This document shows, piece after piece, positions 9,845 through 19,760 of a stretch of DNA of 64,000 nucleotides. Made by a program: the position numbers and the translations under genes. The stretch comes from Chloroflexota bacterium (GTDB lineage Bacteria; Chloroflexota; Anaerolineae; J036; Brachytrichaceae): the NCBI GenBank assembly GCA_018969115.1, contig JAGWYZ010000001.1, positions 304 to 64,303 on the forward strand. Direction: 5' to 3'. Below the pieces are notes generated by a model. The model ran no database searches, was not told the origin of the DNA, and was given only the letters and a program-made list of their open reading frames with translations. Position 1 is the first letter of the stretch, and every line of letters begins with the position of its first letter.

Positions 9845-10518
9845 GTTATTTGTTAGCGATCGATACCTGCACGCGCCATAGCAGCATTGCGCTGCGCGAT
9901 GCCACTTCATTACGAGCCGAGCTTACATGGGAATGTGAGCGACATCATACCGCCGCCGTAACCGCGCGGATAAAACAAGTGTTGGATGAATGTGGCCTTA
10001 AAGCATCTCAATTGGGGGCGGTGGCGGTGGCTTTAGGCCCTGGGTCATTTACCGGTGTGCGTTGTGGTTTGTCTATTGCCAAAGGCATGGCGGTAGCGGC
10101 AGAATTAGGCGCAGTGGGTGCATCAACCCTTGCAATGATTGGAGTTAATGCCTTCGATATCATCGTCGCGGCACAGCCTATGCCTATTGAAACCTCCGTT
10201 ATCTATGCCCTGATTGAGGCTGGTCGTAACCGCGTGGCGGTGCAAACTTTTGACCCCACAACTCAGCAAGCGATTGGGGCATTTAGGTTAAAAAGCCACA
10301 CCGAGTTTATTGCCAGTATTGAACAACCTGCTTATATTTGCGGGTATATACCACCACAACTTAGCAGCTTGTTACACATTAAAGTAGCCTCTGCGCCGCT
10401 TAATTTACGCCGCGCCGGTTATTTGGCTGAATTAGGTTACGCACGTTGGCAACGGGGTGAAATTGATAACGCCATGACGCTTGCGCCCATTTACCCACCC
10501 GAAACTAATGCTAAATGA
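9841..10518 (+). CDS. tsaB: tRNA t6A biosynthesis protein TsaB (YeaZ)
   Basis: LAIDTCTRHSSIAL, GPGSFTGVRCGLSIAKG. ATGA overlap with tsaE. Confidence 0.8.
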   Translation: MSYLLAIDTCTRHSSIALRDATSLRAELTWECERHHTAAVTARIKQVLDECGLKASQLGAVAVALGPGSFTGVRCGLSIAKGMAVAAELGAVGASTLAMIGVNAFDIIVAAQPMPIETSVIYALIEAGRNRVAVQTFDPTTQQAIGAFRLKSHTEFIASIEQPAYICGYIPPQLSSLLHIKVASAPLNLRRAGYLAELGYARWQRGEIDNAMTLAPIYPPETNAK

Positions 10519-10529
10519 ATTTGCAACGA

Positions 10530-10859
10530 TTATTTAAATTGCTTTCGCAACAGCTGAATCCAATTATTATTGACTGCATTCTTTTTGCTATTGCCAGCCT
10601 TGAACGCGTTTATCGCCCTAAAATGGCTTCCAATGCCTGATTTTTGCATAAGTTCTTCATCCTGCTCAGGTGCAAGAATGGGCAACTGCTCGCCAATTGC
10701 TGCCACCGCCGCCCCTACTTTTTCAGGGTCTACGCCAGGTGAAATGACAAATGTAGCACAAGTCCAAGCAGCACAATGATATAAGGGCGCAACCGCTGTA
10801 CCGATCGTTTTACCAAGCCTAGCCCCACCACCCCTAACTCGCATCCCCACTCTTCTCAC
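10530..10859 (-). CDS. Hypothetical small protein (uncertain)
   Basis: 109-aa ORF downstream of recG, overlapping its 3' end by 26 nt. No motif recognised. Confidence 0.3.
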   Translation of the reverse strand: MRRVGMRVRGGGARLGKTIGTAVAPLYHCAAWTCATFVISPGVDPEKVGAAVAAIGEQLPILAPEQDEELMQKSGIGSHFRAINAFKAGNSKKNAVNNNWIQLLRKQFK

Positions 10860-13380
10860 GAGTCTGCCAAAACGTCGTCACCTTCTCTGCCAATTGCTTA
10901 CAATCAGGCGCAGCCAAAGCTGGGTCTGCCGCCAACAATTGCTCGGCTTGGCTGCGGGCCAACTCAAGCAAATCGCGGTCGCCGATACCGACCAACTTTA
11001 GCTCTGGCTCGCCACTTTGGCGCGTGCCAAAAAACTCACCCGGGCCACGAATTTCGAGGTCTTTCTCGGCCAATTTAAAGCCATCTTGGGTCGAGACAAT
11101 AGCCTGTAGCCGATCTTCGCTGACGGCGCTGCTCGAATCGGCGATGAGCAAACAAAACGACTTGTGTTGCCCACGCCCCACCCGTCCACGAAACTGATGC
11201 AACTGCGACAGTCCGAAGCGATTCGCGCCTTCGATCATCATCACCGTCGCGTTTGGCACGTCAATGCCAACCTCGACCACCGAGGTCGAAACGAGAATTT
11301 GCATATCGCCACGGGCAAAGGCCGTCATCACCTCGTCTTTGTCTTTGGGCTTCATACGCCCGTGCAATAAACCCAGCCGATATTGCGGAAAAACCTCACG
11401 TTGCAGGCGTTCATGCTCTTCGATAGCAGCTTTGGCCTCGACTTTCTCGGTCTCTTCGACCAAGGGGCAAATGATGAAGGCTTGGCGGCCCTCTTTCACT
11501 TGATTGCGCACAAAACCATAAGCCCGTTCACGCTCGATCGGCGTAAACCAATGGGTGTCGATCGGTTGGCGGCCCGGTGGCATTTCATCCAACACCGTGT
11601 TATCGAGGTCGCCATACATGGTCAGCGCCAAGGTGCGCGGAATGGGCGTGGCGGTCATAAACAAGGTGTGCGGGTTGGTTTCGCCACCCTTTTGGCGCAA
11701 GGCCTTGCGCTGCTCGACCCCGAAACGATGTTGTTCATCAACCACCACAAAATTTAGATTTTTGAATTGCACACCCTCTTGAATGATGGCGTGTGTGCCA
11801 ATGACAACTTGCGCACGACCATCGGCCAACTCCTCATAAATTTGGCGCTTTTCGGCGGCCTTGGTGCTGCCGGTCAACAACCGAATTTTGACCAGCGTTA
11901 AACCATTGGCCACAAACGCCGCAAATAATTTTGACAAGCCCTTAAAATGTTGCTCGGCCAAAATTTCGGTGGGGGCCATCAATGCGGCTTGCGCCCCATG
12001 TGCCACCGCCATCGCCATGCCAATGGCCGCCACCACCGTTTTACCCGCACCCACATCGCCCTGCAACAGCCGCCGCATGGCAATGGGTTGGCGAATGTCT
12101 TTGGCGATTTGCTCAACGGCACGACGTTGCGCCCCAGTCAATTTATAGGGCAAGGCCGCCGCCATGTTTTCGAGCGTCAGGTCTTGGGCCGGCACGCTTT
12201 GGCCGGGTTCACCACGCCACAATTGACGTTGTTTTAGCACTGCCATTTGCAACACAAACAACTCATCAAAGGCCAAACGACGACGGGCGGCTTCTTTGGC
12301 TCGCAAATCACGCGGCCAATGTATTTCGCGCAGTGCCTCATTCAATGCCATCAAATTGGCACTGCGGCGCACAGCATCGGGCAAAAATTCGCTCACGCGG
12401 GTTGACCAATATTCAGCCACGCGCTTCATCACGCGCCGCACCAACAACGGCTGCAAGCCCTCGGTGAGTGGGTAAACCGGCACAATGCGGCCTGCCGTCA
12501 CCCACTCATGCTCGGCTAGCTCAAAAGTTGGGCGGTCAAAACTCAGCTTGCCCATAAATTCGCTGACCTTGCCGCTCAGCACAATCTCACGCCCCACGAC
12601 CAATTGTTTTTGCAGGCTGTCGGCCCCATAGTCATTGGTAAACCACTTGCAATGAATCGCGCCCGAGGCATCTTCGAGCAACATATTAAAGATGGTTTGG
12701 GCGGTTTTGGTGCGCTGTTTCCAAGCCGAGGCCACGCGCCCAATCACAGTCACTTGCTCGTTATATTCAAGTTGGTTGATGGTTTTAAGGGCGCTATAGT
12801 CATCGTAACGCGTGGGGAAAAAATACAGCAAATCACCGATGGTAAACACGCCCAATTTTTTAAAACGCAGCGCGTTTTGGTCGCCGATGCCGCTAATTTG
12901 GGTGACAGGCGCATCTAACCCCAGCTTGGCTTGGTCGGCAGTAATCGCCGAGTTGCGATAAGGGGCATAGGCATTGTCACGCTGTGGCACATCACGGGCA
13001 GGGGGTCGGGGTTTTGGCTCCGCGGGGCGTTGGGGGGATGGCATTGATGGCGCGTCAACACCTGCCTTTGCGGGCGCAATAGATACGGGCGCGGCAGGTG
13101 CACCCGCAACAAGTGCGCTGCCCAACACCGGCGTTTGCAATTGCGTCAAAATTGCTTGCATCGCCCCCTTGCGTGCCTCAATATCTTTCATATCGCTATA
13201 GGCTCGCATATCGTCGGCAAGGTCTTCTGCCCAGCTTGGGTCTAAATTATTTTTAGCCGCATCGGCGATCCATGCGCCGGCAAATGAGCCGAGGCCACGT
13301 GTCACAGCTTTGTCATTATAGCCGGTTTGGGCCTCAAGACGCAAAATTTTAGTGATCTTTTCGACGGCGGGGTTTGGCAT
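10834..13380 (-). CDS. recG: ATP-dependent DNA helicase RecG with ~170-aa N-terminal extension
   Basis: GDVGAGKT, VVDEQHRFGV, QLHQFRGRVGRG. ATG at 13380 (the ORF track starts at a TTG at 13386). Confidence 0.9.
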   Translation of the reverse strand: MPNPAVEKITKILRLEAQTGYNDKAVTRGLGSFAGAWIADAAKNNLDPSWAEDLADDMRAYSDMKDIEARKGAMQAILTQLQTPVLGSALVAGAPAAPVSIAPAKAGVDAPSMPSPQRPAEPKPRPPARDVPQRDNAYAPYRNSAITADQAKLGLDAPVTQISGIGDQNALRFKKLGVFTIGDLLYFFPTRYDDYSALKTINQLEYNEQVTVIGRVASAWKQRTKTAQTIFNMLLEDASGAIHCKWFTNDYGADSLQKQLVVGREIVLSGKVSEFMGKLSFDRPTFELAEHEWVTAGRIVPVYPLTEGLQPLLVRRVMKRVAEYWSTRVSEFLPDAVRRSANLMALNEALREIHWPRDLRAKEAARRRLAFDELFVLQMAVLKQRQLWRGEPGQSVPAQDLTLENMAAALPYKLTGAQRRAVEQIAKDIRQPIAMRRLLQGDVGAGKTVVAAIGMAMAVAHGAQAALMAPTEILAEQHFKGLSKLFAAFVANGLTLVKIRLLTGSTKAAEKRQIYEELADGRAQVVIGTHAIIQEGVQFKNLNFVVVDEQHRFGVEQRKALRQKGGETNPHTLFMTATPIPRTLALTMYGDLDNTVLDEMPPGRQPIDTHWFTPIERERAYGFVRNQVKEGRQAFIICPLVEETEKVEAKAAIEEHERLQREVFPQYRLGLLHGRMKPKDKDEVMTAFARGDMQILVSTSVVEVGIDVPNATVMMIEGANRFGLSQLHQFRGRVGRGQHKSFCLLIADSSSAVSEDRLQAIVSTQDGFKLAEKDLEIRGPGEFFGTRQSGEPELKLVGIGDRDLLELARSQAEQLLAADPALAAPDCKQLAEKVTTFWQTREKSGDAS

Positions 13381-13449
13381 AGACAAACGAATTATACAAA
13401 AACAAATCCCACTCGAGGATGTAACTATTCAATTTAATAATTAGTTTTT

Positions 13450-14494
13450 CTAGCTACCCGACATTTTACTTTTCAAAAAAGTCTAAATACAAGCTAAAAG
13501 TGACATTTTGGCAATTTACCATCGTTTTTTAACAATCTCTTAAGATAAATGAAGTCAATCTGAAAGAAAGAGAGATCACGACGATCATGTCGATCAACCC
13601 AGTGTCTTAGGCCTTGCTTCGTAAGACATGCCCATAACATAACAACCAAACATACAACAGCACAACTGCTAAAGTCAAACGCAACAATTTGTCTGTATCT
13701 AACAAATGTCTACCTTCTAGGTCAAATCCATGCCTCTTGAGGTCCCCAAACATTTCTTCGATCCACATGCGATAGCTATATGCTTTTATACAGGTGTTGT
13801 GATAAGGTAGGTTCGTCGCGCTCAGCCATGCACTTTCTCCAGCTTTGCGGACTAAACTCTGTAAGTTTTGCCACTCCTTGCCATCTCGAGATACCAGATG
13901 ACTCCCTTTTTGTCGCAACACATATTGCCAACCCCATGTACTATCCCCATGTTTATATTTCACCCATGTCCAAGCCACTAGAATTGAACGACGTTTGTAA
14001 GCCACTGACACCATCTCTAATTGATGTCCAAAGCCAACCTTGCTGCCATCTATCAGCAGCCTTACTTGCCCACTCATCCTCAAACATTTTAATATTGGCA
14101 CGATTTATTTGGCGTAACTTGTTTTAACATCTACTCTAAATTGTGCCAAAAATCGGCTCATTCGACGCGCAATACTCGTTTCTTTCACGAAACTGGCGAT
14201 ATATTCCATTTTTTTGAAAATTGTAAATTGCGACTTAGATAAATTTCTATCATAAGCCAAACCATATTACATTTTTGTGGCACGCTCATTTCCGGAAAAA
14301 TTTCAGCTACTTTTGGCGTTAAGGTATCATTTAAACAGTTCTCTTTTACAGCATTTTGATGTTTCTTTGTTTTTCATACCCCAAGATTACACTTTTATGC
14401 TGTTTTAGTCAACCGCTTTTGTGATTTAACTTCTATCAATTCTTTACCTCGGCAAAAAAACATTATTAATTAATATTATTTTTCAGGTAGCTAG
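13450..14494 (-). mobile_element. Decayed IS4-family insertion sequence (remnant)
   Basis: CTAGCTACCCGA (13450-13461) matches the reverse complement of TCAGGTAGCTAG (14483-14494) at 11/12. Encloses only a C-terminal transposase fragment. AT-rich. Confidence 0.35.
13607..14101 (-). pseudogene. IS4-family DDE transposase, C-terminal fragment
   Basis: YSYRMWIEEMFGDLK matches the Y-(2)-R-(3)-E-(6)-K signature. N-terminal two thirds missing. Confidence 0.7.
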
Positions 14495-14507
14495 ATGAAA
14501 ATAGTTT

Positions 14508-14597
14508 GTATCATCTCAATAATTCGGGGTAAACCCCAAAGATATAGTGCGTTTGGCGAAAAATAGTTTTATTTCCCGTGATTTTTTGAGAAAATAT
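14508..14597 (+). repeat. Family-1 MITE-like element, derivative lacking the central palindrome
   Basis: Nearly identical to copy 51872-52025 at both flanks, but the core palindrome is deleted leaving only ATAGTGCGTTTGGC of its right arm (...CCCCAAAGAT|ATAGTGCGTTTGGCG...). Confidence 0.8.
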
Positions 14598-14698
14598 GTG
14601 TATAAACCTCGTCTACGAGGAAACCCGTAGTTTTGGTATGCTGACTTTATTTACATCATCCTAAAAAACCGACAAAATTCAGTGTCATTCGTCCACAC

Positions 14699-14797
14699 GG
14701 GGATCAATCCCCGCGCTATATAACAACACCCGCTATCGCGGGTTAATTTCAGCCCCATTCATGGGGCGTTCCTACGTAGAATAGCGATTGATCGCTA
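14699..14797. repeat. Family-2 multi-hairpin element (copy 3)
   Basis: GGGGATCAATCCCC, outer pairing GCGCTAT/ATAGCG, inner hairpins ACCCGC-TATC-GCGGGT and GCCCC-ATTCAT-GGGGC, then GATCAAT repeated in inverse at the 3' end. Confidence 0.6.
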
Positions 14798-14887
14798 CTT
14801 GGATGCAATCTTTTAATGATTTAAATCAAAGTCATATTTTCACCCATTTGTATTCTGCACTATAGATTTCAAAATGGGTGGGGCATA

Positions 14888-17218
14888 TTAAGGCACGCCG
14901 AACAAACCCAGCATAGTCAGCTTAGATCGAAAAGCCATTAGCGCCAATAAAAGCGCCGCTAACCCCGCCATACCCAGCCCTATGTAAAACGTGGCAGGGG
15001 CATAAAACACCACAATCTCGTGGCTGCCTGCCGGAACAGCAACCGCGCGTAATGCCGAATAAGCCCGCAGCACCTCGACGGGTTGCCCATCGATAGTAGC
15101 CCACCAGCCCGGATACCACAAATCGCCCAGCACCAACACCCCAACTTGCTCACTAGTGACCAGCAACGTGGTGGCCTGCGGCTGCCACGACTTGAGCGTG
15201 ATTTTAGCGGGCACGGTGGGCGCAATGCTGGGCAAATTGACAGCCTGCTGCAAAATGACGGTATCAAGCGGGTTGAAATTGGCATCCCGCATCGGGCCGA
15301 TAGCGGCCTCGGGGGTGGGAACTAATAGCGTTTTGTACACTACTCGATATCGCTCAAATGGCGTTTTTAGACATTTAATTTGCACGGCTTTGCCTTCAAC
15401 CGTCAACTCAGCAACGGTATCGGCTTCAAATGGCAGTTCTAGCTCCTCTTTGCTTTTGCCAAAACAGCCAATGCCCATCAGCGCCCACACCCGTTCACCA
15501 GGCACTTGTGCCCGAAAACGCACAAAATAATCAAGCGTTTGCACCATTTGCCCATGCAAATCTTCAATGCCTGCGATCAAGGTCCAATCACCTTTAAGCA
15601 AGCCCCGCGAGTCAAGCCGATAAGGGGGCTTGGCACGGACCAATTTGGTGGGGTTAGTCAAATCGGCTTGGCTGAATGGCACGAGCTGAGCGATTTCGGC
15701 ATAAGGTGGGTTGTCGCGCCGCACCCAATGCGTTTGGTCAGCGGTTTGCCACGCAATCGAGCCAATATCGATCACCAACAACATCACCAAGCCCCACTGA
15801 GTCAGCCGAGGGCCAATGGGTGCAAATCGCAGCCACAGCAGCGCTACCGTCCACATCAACCAAGGCCATGTAGCATTTGAAAGCAACACATGTAAGCGCG
15901 GGTACTCGCTAACAGGTTGAAAGCTGGTCCATAATCGTGCCGCGCCCAATAGCGCAGCCCACAAAATCGTCACCCAAATTAATTTTGAACGTGCCGCAAT
16001 TTGCAAACCTTCGGCTTTGTCGGCCCATGTGCGCCAGCCCAATATCACAATCATGATGAGTGCCCACACGATCAAGATAACGGCGCGTTCTTGGTTGCGA
16101 AAGAGCGCAAACGCTGCTACGGCCCGATAAAGCAGCGGGTAAACTGCACTGTTGCCGCCCAACGAGATCAATAGGCCAAATAATAGCAAACCCCACCAAA
16201 ACCGCATCCGCGGTAGGCGGGTAGAGTTAGGTTGATGGGGTTGTGGCTGGCGGCGTGGCAGGCTCGCACCAATGGCAATAAGCAGCAGCGTCACACTGCC
16301 CACATATAACGGCGACCATAAGGTTAAACGCGGGTAGATTACCCCCCACAGATCTTGTACCTCAAAGCCGCCAGCATATTTGGCAAATGACCATTGGGTG
16401 CGTTCGGCATAGGGTATCAGTTCGAGCGCTGGCAATAACAGCGGGGCGGCTAAGGCTATGCCAAAGGCCAAAGCGATCCCAGTTCGTGCCAAGCTGCGCC
16501 CCCAGTGTGCCCTAAAATGGGTTTGCGAGACAACATTCACCAGCACAATGATGCTGATATAGAGGCTGATTTGGGGCATGCCACCTAATAACGACATGGC
16601 CCATGCACCCACTGAGAGGGTAAGCCCACGCAGACGCAAGTGAATATCGGTCATCGCGTCGTCACTCAGCCAATAATCTAATCCCAACAATAGCCAAGGC
16701 AACCAAGCCGCGCTAGCCAATAGCGGAAACTGTTGTATAAGATAGCCAGTTAAATAGCCGCCCAAGCCCCAAGCAACGGCCCCAAACACACCCGCGGCGC
16801 GGTTTTGGCTGAGCCGCTTAAAATAAAAATAAGTGCCCCAAGCTGTGATCACAAGATGGGCGACGACTTCGCTGGCATAACTGGTATAAGTGTATTCACG
16901 GTTAAAGTGCAATAGGGCGCTGAGCCAGCGAATGGGGTAAAGCGCTTGGGTTTGTAACTGGGCGGCAAAGGGTTGCCCGCCCAACACATAGGGCGCCCAC
17001 AGCGCAAGTTGACCTTGCCAAAACTGTGACACCCCATACCAAGCCGCTGGGTAAAAAAAAGAGGTGGTGTCGCCTGGGGCCAAAAATACTTGGTCAATTT
17101 CACGGCTGGCCCACAATGGCCAATGCAATAAGATGATTAATCCAGCCAGACCAGCGCAAATAATTAGGTCGATCCAGAATGAATTTTTCCAATGGTTTTC
17201 AGGGTGGCTAATCGTCAT
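14888..17218 (-). CDS. Large polytopic membrane protein, YfhO-like (putative glycosyl-transfer/flippase family)
   Basis: 776 aa with many TM segments. C-terminal LWYPGWWATIDGQPVEVLRAYSALRAVAVPAGSHEIVVFYAP resembles YfhO-family tails. Confidence 0.6.
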   Translation of the reverse strand: MTISHPENHWKNSFWIDLIICAGLAGLIILLHWPLWASREIDQVFLAPGDTTSFFYPAAWYGVSQFWQGQLALWAPYVLGGQPFAAQLQTQALYPIRWLSALLHFNREYTYTSYASEVVAHLVITAWGTYFYFKRLSQNRAAGVFGAVAWGLGGYLTGYLIQQFPLLASAAWLPWLLLGLDYWLSDDAMTDIHLRLRGLTLSVGAWAMSLLGGMPQISLYISIIVLVNVVSQTHFRAHWGRSLARTGIALAFGIALAAPLLLPALELIPYAERTQWSFAKYAGGFEVQDLWGVIYPRLTLWSPLYVGSVTLLLIAIGASLPRRQPQPHQPNSTRLPRMRFWWGLLLFGLLISLGGNSAVYPLLYRAVAAFALFRNQERAVILIVWALIMIVILGWRTWADKAEGLQIAARSKLIWVTILWAALLGAARLWTSFQPVSEYPRLHVLLSNATWPWLMWTVALLWLRFAPIGPRLTQWGLVMLLVIDIGSIAWQTADQTHWVRRDNPPYAEIAQLVPFSQADLTNPTKLVRAKPPYRLDSRGLLKGDWTLIAGIEDLHGQMVQTLDYFVRFRAQVPGERVWALMGIGCFGKSKEELELPFEADTVAELTVEGKAVQIKCLKTPFERYRVVYKTLLVPTPEAAIGPMRDANFNPLDTVILQQAVNLPSIAPTVPAKITLKSWQPQATTLLVTSEQVGVLVLGDLWYPGWWATIDGQPVEVLRAYSALRAVAVPAGSHEIVVFYAPATFYIGLGMAGLAALLLALMAFRSKLTMLGLFGVP

Positions 17219-17364
17219 GCACTGTCGATTCTACAGACATCTTCTAGCCAGCTTATAATTTGGGTAATCAGAGTGTGGGGGGCGGGTGATCAGCGCTGAG
17301 TTTCAGATTTGGCCTTTATTCAACTCACACCCACATTCCTAAAAATTAGGAGACTATAAAACAA

Positions 17365-17967
17365 ATGGCACATACATTACCCGCGCTCACTTACGCAACC
17401 GATGCGTTAGAGCCACATTTCGACAAAATGACGATGGAAATTCATCACGGCAAGCATCATCAAACCTATGTCACCAACTTGAATAATGCGTTGGCGGCCT
17501 ATCCTGATTTGCAAAATAAAACAGCCGAAGAACTGATTAAAGATTTGAATGCTGTCCCAGAGGCGATTCGTACCGCTGTGCGAAACAACGCTGGTGGTCA
17601 TGTTAACCACAGCATGTTTTGGCAACAAATTGCGCCCAGCAAAAACCGCCTAAGCGGTGCGCTCAAGGCTGATATCGAAGCCACTTGGGGATCGGTTGAT
17701 GCATTTAAGGATGCATTTGAGAAGGGTGGCTTGGGTCGCTTTGGCTCAGGCTGGGTGTGGTTGGTGAAGAAAGATGGCAAACTTGCCATTACCTCAACTG
17801 CAAACCAAGATAACCCAATAATGGAAGGTGCAACCCCTATTGTTGGCTGCGATGTTTGGGAACATGCTTATTACCTAAAATATCAGAACAAACGTGCCGA
17901 TTATTTGAAGGCATTTTGGAGCGTGATTGACTGGAACGATGCCGAAGCCCGCTACGCAGCGGCGTAA
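17365..17967 (+). CDS. sodA: Fe/Mn superoxide dismutase
   Basis: [31 protein letters not shown]. Confidence 0.9.
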   Translation: MAHTLPALTYATDALEPHFDKMTMEIHHGKHHQTYVTNLNNALAAYPDLQNKTAEELIKDLNAVPEAIRTAVRNNAGGHVNHSMFWQQIAPSKNRLSGALKADIEATWGSVDAFKDAFEKGGLGRFGSGWVWLVKKDGKLAITSTANQDNPIMEGATPIVGCDVWEHAYYLKYQNKRADYLKAFWSVIDWNDAEARYAAA

Positions 17968-18114
17968 GCCTCAAAGAACTGAGAAGTAAAACAAGTTTTT
18001 GTTAAAAACACAATATAACCTTTGATAGCATTGGCTTTGCTTGCGTCATCAAAGGTCATATCGTGATTTTGACATCATACATTTAAGATTTGCCCTGAAA
18101 TATTGAGGAAATAC
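17968..18114 (-). repeat. Family-1 MITE-like element (reverse orientation)
   Basis: Terminal GTATTTCCTCAATATT (reverse complement of 18099-18114). Core ..ATATGACCTTTGAT.. palindrome with 2 mismatches. Starts at the base after the sodA stop codon. Confidence 0.7.
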
Positions 18115-18288
18115 TGTCAGTAAACTGACAAGTTAACATTGGTTAACAATGACAAATGACCCTAGACAGCATAAAGGTTATGGGGTATAACTGGCGGCTA
18201 GAAAATGAGATCGGATGCGATGATAATCGACAAGGGCTGATCTTTTAAAATGAACTAACTAACAAAAGACAAGGAGAATACTTACAAA

Positions 18289-18687
18289 ATGGCGCATATT
18301 ATTACCGCCCTTTGCTTGCGCGACGGTGCATGTGTGGACGTTTGTCCGGTGGAATGTATTATTAAGGGGATGCCCGAAGCCGAGTGGCCTTGGTTTTTCA
18401 TCGACCCAAACACTTGTATCGACTGTGGCGCTTGTGTCCCAGAATGCCCCTACGAGGCAATTTTCCCAGAGAGTGAAATCCCTGAGGCTTATACTATGAA
18501 AGCGGGGCAAATCTTACAACCCTTTGGGGCTGATCGCATTACCGCCGAAGGTGGTGAAGTCGTTAATTTGGTCGATGCGATTGCGATTCCGGGGTCCGAA
18601 TTTTCTGAAGTAACCGCAACCGCAATTAATGCTGCGTTTTATACTGAAGGCCCGGGCTATGGTGCCAAGAGCATGGAAGGCTATTAA
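18289..18687 (+). CDS. 4Fe-4S (7Fe-type) ferredoxin with C-terminal extension
   Basis: CLRDGACVDVCPVECI and CIDCGACVPECP cluster motifs. AAGGAGA SD. Confidence 0.8.
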   Translation: MAHIITALCLRDGACVDVCPVECIIKGMPEAEWPWFFIDPNTCIDCGACVPECPYEAIFPESEIPEAYTMKAGQILQPFGADRITAEGGEVVNLVDAIAIPGSEFSEVTATAINAAFYTEGPGYGAKSMEGY

Positions 18688-18728
18688 ACCTTATATTGGT
18701 TATTAGCGTTTAAATCTATTACAACTAA

Positions 18729-18768
18729 ACACCCCCTCTGGGTTGATAACCCTGAGGGGGTGTTTTTT
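18729..18768 (+). terminator. Intrinsic terminator of the ferredoxin gene
   Basis: ACACCCCCTC / GAGGGGGTGT 10-bp stem followed by TTTTT. Confidence 0.8.
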
Positions 18769-18795
18769 ATATAATGCCAATAGGCTAAGATTTTC

Positions 18796-18842
18796 GCCAA
18801 TTTCACTATCGGTTCATCAAGCATAGCTTGATTGAAATTGGC
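18796..18842. repeat. Degenerate family-1 core palindrome
   Basis: TTTTCGCCAATTTCACTATC.. left arm. Right arm TGAAATTGGC retained, with an internal deletion. Confidence 0.45.
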
Positions 18843-18891
18843 ATTGCCTCAACCTTGCCCGTACGAGCTAAATAAACCTTTAAAATATATT

Positions 18892-19635
18892 ATGCAAAAA
18901 ATGATTTGTGAGGCCAGTCGCGCTATTGGTGTTGAATTGACCGAAGGTCAAACTCAACAATTTGTGCGTTATGCCGAGCTGCTTATTGAATGGAATCAGA
19001 AATTTAATCTTACTGCGATTACCAATATTGAAGGTATTGCCACTAAGCATTTTGCAGATTCGTTGACTTTGGTGCCGGTTTTAAATGGCTTAATTGCCGA
19101 TTTGCAGCAAAATCACCAATTTGAGGTTCAGCAGATGCTTGACCTTGGTACAGGTGCGGGGTTTCCGGGGTTGCCGATCAAGATCGTATTGCCCAATTTA
19201 AAAGTAACTTTGATGGATAGCACTGGTAAAAAAGTGATGTTTTGCCAAACGGTGATCGATGATTTAAAGTTAAGCGGCATTCGTGCGCTGAACGGGCGGG
19301 CTGAAGAAGCCGCACATGACCCATTACACCGCGAGAAATATGACTTGGTGGTGGCGCGTGCGGTTGCGCCGTTGGTTACATTGGTCGAGTATTTATTGCC
19401 TTTTGTGCGGGTTGGTGGTTTGTGTGTTGCTATGAAAGGCAGTGATTCTGAGGCGGAATTGGCACAGGCGCAAGGCGCAATCAGCAAGCTTGGCGGGTCT
19501 GTCGCTGTTTTGCACCCCATTCAATTGCCCAATAGTAACGACAAGCGGGCATTAATTGTCATTCACAAAATTGCCAATGTCAAACCTCAATACCCTCGGC
19601 AAGGCGGCGCCCCGCGCAATAAACCGCTCAAATAG
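18892..19635 (+). CDS. rsmG: 16S rRNA (guanine527-N7)-methyltransferase
   Basis: LIEWNQKFNLTAI, DLGTGAGFPGLP. ATG at 18892 preferred over the TTG at 18832, which lies in the repeat. Confidence 0.85.
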   Translation: MQKMICEASRAIGVELTEGQTQQFVRYAELLIEWNQKFNLTAITNIEGIATKHFADSLTLVPVLNGLIADLQQNHQFEVQQMLDLGTGAGFPGLPIKIVLPNLKVTLMDSTGKKVMFCQTVIDDLKLSGIRALNGRAEEAAHDPLHREKYDLVVARAVAPLVTLVEYLLPFVRVGGLCVAMKGSDSEAELAQAQGAISKLGGSVAVLHPIQLPNSNDKRALIVIHKIANVKPQYPRQGGAPRNKPLK

Positions 19636-19684
19636 GAATTATGAATTACGAATGATTAACGCATAACTCATCATTCGTAATTCT
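19636..19684. repeat. Heptamer array (GAATTAY / inverse) forming a 13-bp hairpin after rsmG
   Basis: GAATTACGAATGA (19643-19655) pairs with TCATTCGTAATTC (19671-19683). Confidence 0.8.
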
Positions 19685-19760
19685 CTTTACCCTTTCTCAT
19701 GTATTTTGTATTTGATACTCACCTGATCGATTACAATCTTTATCAGAAGAGGAGTCATTC

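Noticed and set aside
10570-10779. 69-aa plus-strand ORF between tsaB and recG
   Set aside because: It overlaps the equally uncertain minus-strand ORF, has no SD, and gives a Ser/Ala-rich low-complexity translation.
11982-12467. Long antisense or alternative-frame ORFs inside recG (also 20120-20767 in the FtsH-like gene, 54020-54568 in hoxF, 59632-60135 in the permease, 33983-34651 in hypF and 30171-30734 in the permease)
   Set aside because: They are shadow ORFs typical of GC-biased coding regions. They show low-complexity Ala/Arg/Pro-rich translations and no motifs, and each fully overlaps a well-supported gene.
13780-14127. 115-aa plus-strand ORF opposite the transposase fragment
   Set aside because: It is antisense to a recognisable IS4 transposase remnant, and its translation has no motif.
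17968-18288. Riboswitch or leader RNA upstream of the ferredoxin gene (320-bp spacer with small hairpins and GTTAACA direct repeats at 18132-18148)
   Set aside because: About half of the spacer is explained by the family-1 element. I recognise no riboswitch consensus in the remainder, and the short repeats are too weak to call.
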